NCBI GenBank assembly: GCA_900554855.1
Contig: USIZ01000001.1
Location: 1 to 38,764, forward strand
Direction of reading: 5' to 3'
DNA: 38,764 bases
Origin: an uncultured Eubacteriales bacterium
GTDB taxonomy: Bacteria > Bacillota > Clostridia > Oscillospirales > Oscillospiraceae
The notes below the pieces were generated by a model. That model saw nothing but the letters and a program-made list of their open reading frames with translations, did no database searches and had not been told where the DNA came from. Positions 25,736 through 32,563 of the stretch are shown here, in pieces (the stretch's first letter is position 1; each line of letters opens with the position of its first letter). Position numbers and translations under genes: made by a program.

Positions 25736-25762
25736 TGGCGCGGAAGGAGGGATTTGAACCCT
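25736..25762 (-). other. attP core: 3' terminal 27 nt of a tRNA gene (T-arm, acceptor 3' strand, CCA)
   Basis: Minus strand reads AGGG-TTCAAAT-CCCTC-CTTCCGC-G-CCA. The upstream tRNA parts are absent. Confidence 0.7.
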
Positions 25763-25798
25763 ATTCTTTCTGACTGTTTTCAACAGCCTGCGGGTTTC

Positions 25799-25837
25799 TG
25801 TGTTCAAAACTGTGTTCAGCCGGAAAATATGTGTTCA
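25799..25837 (+). repeat. Three TGTGTTCA boxes (putative arm-type sites, P' arm)
   Basis: Copies at 25799-25806, 25811-25818 and 25830-25837. Confidence 0.55.
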
Positions 25838-26869
25838 GAAGCCTTTCTCCATCTTTTCCGCAGCGGCCTTCAGCTGGCCGTCCCGGACGTGGGTGTAGAT
25901 GTCCATGGTGGTGGACAGCTGGGCGTGGCCAAGGAGCACCTGCGCCGTTTTAGGATCCACGCCGCTTTCCAGCAGGGCGGTGGCGTAGCCGTGGCGGATC
26001 TGGTGCGCCGTGACGGTGACGCCGCTGGCATCCCGGTAGGCATCGTACAGCGAGGTAAAGTGATCGTTTGTCAGGAGGCTGCCGTCCGGCTCCGCGAACA
26101 GGTAGCCTTTCCCCAGCTTTTTGGGGAGCAGCTTAGCCAGCGCCGGAAGAAGCGGAACGTCCCGGCATCCGGCGTCAGACTTCGGCTGCTTGATGTGGGG
26201 CGAGTTGCCTACATGATACACGGATTTTTTGATGTGCACAAGATTTTTCTTTCGGTCGATGTCGGCGCCGGTGAGGGCCAGCGCCTCACCACGGCGGCAG
26301 CCGGTGTAATAAACGAGGAAGGCGAACAGGCCGAAGGGGAGGCCTGCGCCTTTTTTTATGAGTTCAATCTGCTCCGGAGGGGGCGCGTCCCGGTGGGTCT
26401 GCGTCAGATTCCGGGGCGGCTTCACGGCGCTGGCCGGGTTGTAGCTTATAACGCCATCCACTTCGGCTTTGCGGAAGATCTGGCGGATGATCTGCAACTG
26501 GGTCACCACGGTTTTCCGGGCGCGGGTGGCGGCGAAGTCCTTGATATACTGGTCGATCTCCTTCGCGGTGATCTCGCCGGGTGCCCTCCCGGCAAATTCC
26601 GTCTTGGCCCGGGCCAGCGCCGGACGGTAGCTTTTTTGGGTATTGTGCTCTAAGGTCGGTTCGATCTCCGACCACCATGCGTCTGCGATTTTCTCAAATA
26701 CGGCGGCTTTTTCCGTTTCGATGCGGTCCGCCTCCCGGTCAAAGGCCTTGACCTTCTCCCAGACCTCTTTGTCGGTCTTCCCCCGGAAGGCCTTACGCTT
26801 GCCGTTGATCCGGAGGATGGTCTCGTGGAGGCCGTCAGGCCGGACGTAGTATTTCGGGTATCTTGCCAT
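25835..26869 (-). CDS. int: Tyrosine-type site-specific integrase
   Basis: R (CRRGEAL), HxxR (HQIRHGYAT) and Y (MDIYTH). Adjacent to attP. Confidence 0.9.
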   Translation of the reverse strand: MARYPKYYVRPDGLHETILRINGKRKAFRGKTDKEVWEKVKAFDREADRIETEKAAVFEKIADAWWSEIEPTLEHNTQKSYRPALARAKTEFAGRAPGEITAKEIDQYIKDFAATRARKTVVTQLQIIRQIFRKAEVDGVISYNPASAVKPPRNLTQTHRDAPPPEQIELIKKGAGLPFGLFAFLVYYTGCRRGEALALTGADIDRKKNLVHIKKSVYHVGNSPHIKQPKSDAGCRDVPLLPALAKLLPKKLGKGYLFAEPDGSLLTNDHFTSLYDAYRDASGVTVTAHQIRHGYATALLESGVDPKTAQVLLGHAQLSTTMDIYTHVRDGQLKAAAEKMEKGF

Positions 26870-26872
26870 GGG

Positions 26873-27286
26873 TTACTCCCGCCAGAAGCCGATCTGGACG
26901 CAATGGAAGTCCAGATACAGCGCATACATGGCAACCAGACACAGGAGCACCAGCAGAGCGGCAATAATCCGGTTCCGGATGCGGACGCCCTGCTCCATCA
27001 TCGTAATGATCTGCCGTTTATTGGACAAGCGCTTTTCAAGGCCGACTTTTTCAGCCTGCAAGGTTTCTTCGGTGGCTGTATAGTGATCCCCGATGTCAAA
27101 AAACTCATCTATGGAAATCCCCAGGACAGCGCAGATCGGCCCTGCGGTATTGATGGACGGCGCTTTTGACGCATTTGCAAAAAAGTTGTTGACGGTAGAC
27201 AGCGGCACACCCGATTTGTCCGCGATGTCTTGAGCCGTCATGTGCAATGCGGCTTTTTTATCTCTGCATAAGTCTTGAATCGTCAA
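26873..27286 (-). CDS. XRE-family HTH protein with C-terminal transmembrane anchor
   Basis: IQDLCRDKKAALHMTAQDIADKSGVPLSTVNNFF HTH. TM segment IIAALLVLLCLVAMYALYL. Start is uncertain: TTG 27286 or ATG 27241. Confidence 0.6.
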   Translation of the reverse strand: MTIQDLCRDKKAALHMTAQDIADKSGVPLSTVNNFFANASKAPSINTAGPICAVLGISIDEFFDIGDHYTATEETLQAEKVGLEKRLSNKRQIITMMEQGVRIRNRIIAALLVLLCLVAMYALYLDFHCVQIGFWRE

Positions 27287-27311
27287 AAAATCACCATCCT
27301 GTGTCAAATTT

Positions 27312-27402
27312 CCCAATATGGGCAGATAAAGTCTCAAATTCGATCCGGCAGTATATTGCCCATTTCCCCAATTTGGGCATTGCGCTGCCCAGCCCATTTG
27401 GG
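27312..27402. promoter_or_regulatory. Cluster of CCCA-N2-3-TGGG palindromic boxes plus GGGCA-N6-TGCCC
   Basis: CCCAATATGGG at 27312-27322, CCCAATTTGGG at 27367-27377, CCCATTTGGG at 27393-27402, and an inverted repeat at 27375-27390. All lie upstream of the minus-strand HTH gene. Confidence 0.45.
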
Positions 27403-27493
27403 GTACGGTTTTCTTGCGGACAGGCAGACGCCCCCTCTGCCGGAAACGCAAAGTGCCCCCGCCGCTTGTTGCAGAGGCGATGGGGGCACTTAC

Positions 27494-27904
27494 TTATTCA
27501 TCTTCGTCCGACGTCTCAGCAACAGGACGTTCCGGATTTTTGAGTTTTCTGCGGATGTACACGCCCCAGCCAATCAAAGCGGCTCCCACGAGGCACGTCA
27601 ACCATGCCGTTTCCGGATCTTTGACGCCATAGGCCGCGCCGCTTATGAGAAACAGTACGCCCCAGACGATCTTTGCCCGGAATCGGGGGCGGCGCTGGGG
27701 AGCGCTGTTTTTTGCGCCGCTGCCAATTTTGTGCTCCGTCACATGGGACAGGCCACCGGGAAGCGTGACGGTTTCCCGGACGGTGCCCTTGGCGGTTTTG
27801 GCGACGCGGTAGCGTTTGCTTCCGACGCTGTACCCTATGCCGGATTTGCTAAAGTTCAGGCGAAACGGGCCTGCTTTTACGCTTTTGCGATATCTCCAGC
27901 CCAT
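27494..27904 (-). CDS. DUF4236-like protein with two C-terminal TM segments
   Basis: N-terminal MGWRYRKSVKAGPFRLNFSKSGIGYSVG motif. Confidence 0.7.
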   Translation of the reverse strand: MGWRYRKSVKAGPFRLNFSKSGIGYSVGSKRYRVAKTAKGTVRETVTLPGGLSHVTEHKIGSGAKNSAPQRRPRFRAKIVWGVLFLISGAAYGVKDPETAWLTCLVGAALIGWGVYIRRKLKNPERPVAETSDEDE

Positions 27905-27907
27905 AGG

Positions 27908-28336
27908 TCAGTGGACGCACTTGTCGCAGGGCGTCAGACCCATGCCGGTGGCGGTGCTGTAAGGCACTTCCCAGTAGGTGCCGCCGTTGCAATGGGGATC
28001 GCTGTGGTATTTGCTGCCGGTGCGGGTGATGTAGGTAGGCTTGGATGCCTCCGGATGTGTCAGCACCACGGTAGCGGTGGAGCCGTCCCACGCCACCTGA
28101 AGGCCCAGAGACTCCGCCAGAGCGCGGGCGGGGATATAGTTCGTTCCGGCGAACATGAAGGGCTCCACGGTGTTGCCCTTGGCGTCCCGCAGATCCAGTA
28201 CCTGACCGTCCAGAGATACCTTGATATCACGGTATTCGATCTCCTGCTGCACTTTGCCGCTGGTAGCGCTTGCCGTGCCAACCAGGCACATGAGCAGCAG
28301 CGTGGCCAGAACTCCGGCTAAGAATCCTCTTTTCAT
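27908..28336 (-). CDS. Secreted protein: signal peptide, copper-amine-oxidase-N-like stalk domain, C-terminal KYH..C...PCxxC motif
   Basis: MKRGFLAGVLATLLLMCLVGTASA signal. YIPARALAESLGLQVAWD. GSKYHSDPHCNG...PCDKC. Confidence 0.7.
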   Translation of the reverse strand: MKRGFLAGVLATLLLMCLVGTASATSGKVQQEIEYRDIKVSLDGQVLDLRDAKGNTVEPFMFAGTNYIPARALAESLGLQVAWDGSTATVVLTHPEASKPTYITRTGSKYHSDPHCNGGTYWEVPYSTATGMGLTPCDKCVH

Positions 28337-28408
28337 GTCGTCCACATCCAATCTGTTAAAATTAGGCCCGAGGCTTGGGCCTTGAATATATGTTTGGGAG
28401 GCATCACC

Positions 28409-28576
28409 ATGAGCAACCAGATCACCCGCACGGTGTCCGATTCGGACCGCGACCACATGACCCTGGCGCTCTATCGCCAGTTGACGCCGGAGGAGCGTGA
28501 GCAAGTCAACGCTTACCTCGCGCAGCTATTAGCATCTCGATATACTCCCGCGCCTTCTCCCGCTCCTCGCGGGTAA
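28409..28576 (+). CDS. Possible 55-aa ORF convergent with and overlapping the repressor 3' end
   Basis: GGGAGG SD 7 nt before the ATG. However, it overlaps 28506-28814(-) by 71 nt and no family was recognised. Confidence 0.3.
   Translation: MSNQITRTVSDSDRDHMTLALYRQLTPEEREQVNAYLAQLLASRYTPAPSPAPRG
28435..28447. repeat. GTCCGATTCGGAC palindrome, copy 6
   Basis: Between the secreted-protein gene and the repressor. Confidence 0.95.
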
Positions 28577-28814
28577 GCAGGTCCCAGCATTCCGGACGCT
28601 CGTCCCCTTCGGGGGACGGGCTTTTTTCTGACCCCAAAAGCGCCGCTTTGGAGATCCCAAAATAGTCTGATAATTTTTGCAGTGATGCGTCTGTTGGCTG
28701 TTGCCCTTTTTTCCAGCGGGTAACAGCTGGCTTGCTAATTCCAGCCTCAACAACTACGGCTGACGGAGATTTTCCGGCAGAATTGCATGCCTTTATGAAA
28801 TTGTCATAAAACAC
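28506..28814 (-). CDS. XRE-family repressor (CI-like)
   Basis: AGKSPSAVVVEAGISKPAVTRWKKG HTH. Divergent from the cro-like gene. GTG start with a weak SD. Confidence 0.75.
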   Translation of the reverse strand: MFYDNFIKACNSAGKSPSAVVVEAGISKPAVTRWKKGQQPTDASLQKLSDYFGISKAALLGSEKSPSPEGDERPECWDLLTREEREKAREYIEMLIAARGKR

Positions 28815-28841
28815 AATTTCACACGCCCCTTATTCGGCAGA

Positions 28842-28903
28842 AGTTACGAAAATTAAGAAATATACGAAAGTAGCTTGACGGTTACTAAAGTTACGAGTAT
28901 ATT
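28842..28903 (+). promoter_or_regulatory. Early rightward promoter TTGACG-17-TATATT with TACGA(A/G) operator boxes
   Basis: -35 at 28875-28880 and -10 at 28898-28903. AGTTACGA at 28842 and 28889; TACGAAA at 28863. Confidence 0.6.
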
Positions 28904-28979
28904 ATAGCCATAGAGGACATAGCCCCAAGGACAATATACCACACCGGGGCAACGCCGTCAAGGCGGGAAAGGAGCAATT

Positions 28980-29183
28980 ATGATCGTTAACAGAATCAAG
29001 GAGCTGCGGACGGCTGCCGGGATGACCCAGAAGGCGCTGGCGGATCAGCTGGGCGTCACCGTGCCCACGGTGAGCAAGTGGGAATTGGGCCAGCGGACTC
29101 CGGAGCTGGAGAGAGTTTTCCGCATGACGCTGATCTTCGGTGTCCCCATCGAGGAGATCGTCCAGCGGACGGAGAGCGCGTGA
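28980..29183 (+). CDS. Cro-like XRE HTH protein
   Basis: IKELRTAAGMTQKALADQLGVTVPTVSKWELG. GGAAAGGAG SD. Confidence 0.85.
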   Translation: MIVNRIKELRTAAGMTQKALADQLGVTVPTVSKWELGQRTPELERVFRMTLIFGVPIEEIVQRTESA

Positions 29184-29199
29184 GAAGGGAGGAACGGAC

Positions 29200-29412
29200 A
29201 TGGCACGAGAGCGTGAGAGCTTCCGGGATCAGCTGCAATCCTTACAGGCCAAATTCCCGGAGCAGGAGGTCCTGACCAAGGACGAGGCCTGCAAGCTGCT
29301 GGGTCTGGACTGGGATGCACTGGTCCACAATGACGGCTTCCCGGCCAAGAAAGTTGGGAAGCGCTACATCATCCCCATTGTACCATTGGCACGTTGGATG
29401 GTTACATGGTAG
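29200..29412 (+). CDS. Excisionase-family/MerR-like DNA-binding protein
   Basis: LTKDEACKLLGLDWDALVH...KKVGKRYIIP pattern. AGGGAGG SD. Confidence 0.6.
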   Translation: MARERESFRDQLQSLQAKFPEQEVLTKDEACKLLGLDWDALVHNDGFPAKKVGKRYIIPIVPLARWMVTW

Positions 29413-29433
29413 CGCAGGAAGGAGGAAAAGACA

Positions 29434-30012
29434 ATGGAACGAAAGTACCCGAATTTGTACCAGAGGGCAAGGCTGAGTACCGGGTTGACGCAGGAGCGTG
29501 CAGCGGAGCTGCTTGGACTGTCCCCGGAAAGTCTGAAACAGTACGAGGGCGGCAAGACGGTGCCCAAGGACGAGACGGTGGCCAAGATGGTGGAGGTGTA
29601 CAGCTGCCCATGGCTGGCATTGGAGCACGCGCAGGCCACGGACACGCTGGGCGTAATGCCGGAGGTGACGCCAAGGCCTCTGCCAATGGCGAGCATCGCC
29701 CTTCGGAACCGTCTGCAAGACGCGACGGGCCGGCTGGACGCCCTGCTCCGGATCGCGGAGGACGGCGTGATCGACGAGGCTGAGCGGCCGGAGTTTGATG
29801 ACATCGTCCTGGAGCTGAGGGATACCATGGCGGCCATCTATCAGGTGATCTACTCAGGCGCAAAAAAAGAACGCCCCGAGGCGGCAACCTCAGAGCGTTC
29901 AGGGGAAAAAGTGTGTGGTATTGGATCAACCACTGGATGTTTCAATTATAGCACAAGATCCACGCTGCACGCAAGCCCTAATTTTTGCCGGGAAGGGGGC
30001 GCATCCCTGTGA
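29434..30012 (+). CDS. XRE HTH regulator with C-terminal helical domain
   Basis: ARLSTGLTQERAAELLGLSPESLKQYEGG. AAGGAGG SD. The last ~45 aa look like low-quality read-through. Confidence 0.7.
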   Translation: MERKYPNLYQRARLSTGLTQERAAELLGLSPESLKQYEGGKTVPKDETVAKMVEVYSCPWLALEHAQATDTLGVMPEVTPRPLPMASIALRNRLQDATGRLDALLRIAEDGVIDEAERPEFDDIVLELRDTMAAIYQVIYSGAKKERPEAATSERSGEKVCGIGSTTGCFNYSTRSTLHASPNFCREGGASL

Positions 30013-30164
30013 CCGGTTGGGCAATGTTTTTCATGGTTGTCGGCGTGGCGACGGTGGCGGCGATCCCGCTGCGGATCGTGGATCGGATGGAGAGATAGTG
30101 GTATTGGCGGATTGCGAAGGGCAACGTAGATTTCCGTATAATTTGTGGAATTTGAGGTGATCGC

Positions 30165-30665
30165 ATGAGCAATAGCGTTCCTCTGCGCCAATGGTATATA
30201 GAGCATAAAATATGCGTTTCCTGCGGACAGCGTGATGCATTCAACGGGCGCCAAAAGTGCCCAGAATGTTTAGAAAAAGCGACGCTAAATAACATAAAAT
30301 ACAGGAGCCTCGAAAGGGAACGCAACTATTACCAGAGAAGAAAAGAAAAGCGGGATGCCCGTATATCCGCTGGATTATGCCCAATCTGTGGCAAAGCGGC
30401 AGTAAAAGGTCAACTGTGCCTTGAGTGCTATATGAAACATCAGAGAAGGCATGAAAAAGAGAAGCAACAACGCGCATTGCGCGGAGACCCTCGTAGAGAA
30501 CGTATTAAAAATGGGCTGTGTTGGTTTTGTGATTCTCCGGCTTTAGAAGGGAAAAAGGTTTGTCAAAAACACTACGACGATATTCAGGCAAGATTTCACA
30601 ACAGAGGAGGGGATGAACACCCGTGGGCAAAAGACGAAGCGGTGAGGCGTGCAAAACTCAAATAG
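30165..30665 (+). CDS. Multi-CxxC zinc-ribbon protein
   Basis: Four CxxC...CxxC/H units separated by basic helices. GAGGTGA SD. Confidence 0.7.
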   Translation: MSNSVPLRQWYIEHKICVSCGQRDAFNGRQKCPECLEKATLNNIKYRSLERERNYYQRRKEKRDARISAGLCPICGKAAVKGQLCLECYMKHQRRHEKEKQQRALRGDPRRERIKNGLCWFCDSPALEGKKVCQKHYDDIQARFHNRGGDEHPWAKDEAVRRAKLK

Positions 30666-31459
30666 AGTCTTTCCGTGAGCATTTAGAGGACAAAGAGCTA
30701 TCTGATAATACCGTAAGGGCTTACATAACTGCGATGGAACAGTTCTTTTCATCATTTGCGGAAATATCAAAGAAGAACGGCCTCGATTGGAAACGGGAAC
30801 TGCAAGAAAAAGGATTGAAAGCGAAATCTATCAACATTAAGCTCAATGCCTTTAATTCGTTCTGCGGGATGGTCCACGATGATGGAAGCAAAGTCAAGAC
30901 GATGCGCGTCCATCAGGCTACAGCTGTTAGTAATGTTATATCCGAACAAGACTACAAAAAGCTGCTGGATGGATTGAAAAATGATGGAAATATGCGCTGG
31001 TATTACAATATCAAGTTGCTTGCTTCAACTGGCGCCCGTGTGAGTGAGTATGTGCGGCTTAAAAAAACAGATTTTTCAAGAGGATACGCGGAAATGTGGA
31101 CGAAAGGAAAAATTAGAAGGATTTACATTCCGAAGTCATTTCTGAATGAAGCTGATGGATATTATTCGAGTTTTGAGCCGGACGATTTTCTTGCCGTTGG
31201 AAGAGACGGAGGCCCAATCACGACCAGAGGCGTTTCACAAATGCTTATGACGTTCGCTGCACGGTATGGAATTGATAAAAAAGTCATGCATCCACACTCT
31301 TTTCGGCACATGTTTGCAATTCAGTTTCTGCGGCGTAATAACAACCTATCTCTGCTGGCTGATGTTCTCGGACATTCCAGCGTTTCAACAACGGCAATTT
31401 ATACTCGGATGACAAAAGAGCAGCAGCAGGACGCAGTTAATAAAACAATCAATTGGTAG
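30623..31459 (+). CDS. Second tyrosine recombinase (Xer/Cre-like, small)
   Basis: R (TGARVSEY), HxxR (HSFRHMFA) and Y (TAIYTR). GTG start overlaps the upstream gene. Confidence 0.8.
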   Translation: MGKRRSGEACKTQIESFREHLEDKELSDNTVRAYITAMEQFFSSFAEISKKNGLDWKRELQEKGLKAKSINIKLNAFNSFCGMVHDDGSKVKTMRVHQATAVSNVISEQDYKKLLDGLKNDGNMRWYYNIKLLASTGARVSEYVRLKKTDFSRGYAEMWTKGKIRRIYIPKSFLNEADGYYSSFEPDDFLAVGRDGGPITTRGVSQMLMTFAARYGIDKKVMHPHSFRHMFAIQFLRRNNNLSLLADVLGHSSVSTTAIYTRMTKEQQQDAVNKTINW

Positions 31460-31468
31460 GTGAAAGAA

Positions 31469-31792
31469 ATGGATATTGAAAGGCTTTACAAGAATTTTAT
31501 AGATGCTGGCCAACAGCCGTGTAGCAGAGGAGATTCTCAGCGCGGAATCAAAATGCATCAGTATAGGACTGCAAAACAGCAGTTGTTTGAAGCTTTAAAA
31601 GATGACTATTTCGCTGGGAAATTATGCTCTGTTTTGGCAGATGAGCTTGTTCAAACAATTTCTGAATCAACGCAGAATCCGGAATGCTTCTGGGGATCTC
31701 CCAGAACCGCTAAGAGTAATCAAGCAATCTTTGTATATGAAAAGAATGAACGTCTGTTTGAAGAACTTCTGCGATGCTGGTTGGAAAGATAA
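31469..31792 (+). CDS. Hypothetical protein
   Basis: ATG at 31469 follows AGGTGA. Same AT-rich composition as the recombinase. Confidence 0.55.
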   Translation: MDIERLYKNFIDAGQQPCSRGDSQRGIKMHQYRTAKQQLFEALKDDYFAGKLCSVLADELVQTISESTQNPECFWGSPRTAKSNQAIFVYEKNERLFEELLRCWLER

Positions 31793-31801
31793 GGGGGCAA
31801 T

Positions 31802-32563
31802 ATGGCAAGGTATGACTGCGGCTATGGGGCATGGATCCCCGGCCCGGTTTTGGACGATCCGGGGCTTCGGCCCCGGTCGCTGATCCTATACGCACGGATC
31901 GCGCGGCGGGCCAACCGGGTGGGATTCTGCTACGCAACCAACGCAACGCTGATCGAGGACATGACTGCCGTGGACGAGGACGGCTCCGTGCGGGTGCTGT
32001 CTGAGCGGACGGTCCAGTCTATGCTGGCGGAGCTGCAAGAGCGGGGACACATTCACACGGATAACGGCCCCCTTCCTCCGGATAAAAGCGGCACGGTGCG
32101 GACCGGTCGGCGGATTTATATTGGGCGCTCTCTGGCATCGGTCCCGGACGATGCGCAGGGGGGTGAAGAAAATTTCACCCCTGAAAAAATCTGCACCCCA
32201 GGGGTGAAGAAAATTTCACCCCCCTTTAAATGTATAAAAGATAATAATAAAAATACCCCTATAGCCCCCTGCGCAGATGCGCACTTCGATTTGTTTTGGT
32301 CGGCGTATCCCCGCCATGTGGACAAGCAGCGGGCGCGGAAGGCCTGGGCGAAACTGAAGCCGGACGAGGCGCTGGTGGAAACCATTCTCCGGGCGGTGAA
32401 GGCACAGGCAGCCTGTGAGCAGTGGACCCGGGACGGCGGGGCGTACATCCCCTATCCCGCCACATGGCTCAACGGCCGCCGGTGGGAGGACGAGCTGCCG
32501 GGGCGGTCCGAATCGGACCGGGGCGGTGAGAGCTGGGAGGCAGGTGACACGGATGGAATTTAA
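31802..32563 (+). CDS. Replication organizer/initiator-like protein (N-terminal winged-helix)
   Basis: LILYARIARRANRVGFCYATNATLIEDM... wHTH-like. C-terminal FWSAYPRHVDKQRARKAW motif. Lies upstream of the helicase. Confidence 0.65.
   Translation: MARYDCGYGAWIPGPVLDDPGLRPRSLILYARIARRANRVGFCYATNATLIEDMTAVDEDGSVRVLSERTVQSMLAELQERGHIHTDNGPLPPDKSGTVRTGRRIYIGRSLASVPDDAQGGEENFTPEKICTPGVKKISPPFKCIKDNNKNTPIAPCADAHFDLFWSAYPRHVDKQRARKAWAKLKPDEALVETILRAVKAQAACEQWTRDGGAYIPYPATWLNGRRWEDELPGRSESDRGGESWEAGDTDGI
32160..32257. repeat. Putative ori: two 22-nt palindromic iterons plus an AT-rich stretch inside the initiator gene
   Basis: GGGGTGAAGAAAATTTCACCCC at 32160-32181 and 32201-32222. AT-rich at 32225-32257. 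Confidence 0.6.
32506..32518. repeat. GTCCGAATCGGAC palindrome, copy 7
   Basis: Inside the initiator gene 3' end, encoding RSESDR. Confidence 0.95.

Larger units (their letters stand above)
30100..31795 (+). mobile_element. AT-richer three-gene cassette (Zn-ribbon, tyrosine recombinase, hypothetical); boundaries approximate
   Basis: Sharp composition drop relative to the flanks. Has its own TATAAT at 30137-30142. Confidence 0.4.

Noticed and set aside
25736-25762. tRNA gene
   Set aside because: Only the T-arm, acceptor 3' strand and CCA are present. The D-arm and anticodon arm are missing, so I interpret it as the attP core rather than a functional tRNA.
30024-30098. 24-aa hydrophobic ORF (MFFMVVGVATVAAIPLRIVDRMER) just upstream of the AT-rich cassette
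   Set aside because: It has no convincing SD and there is no way to assess its conservation, so it is too short to call.
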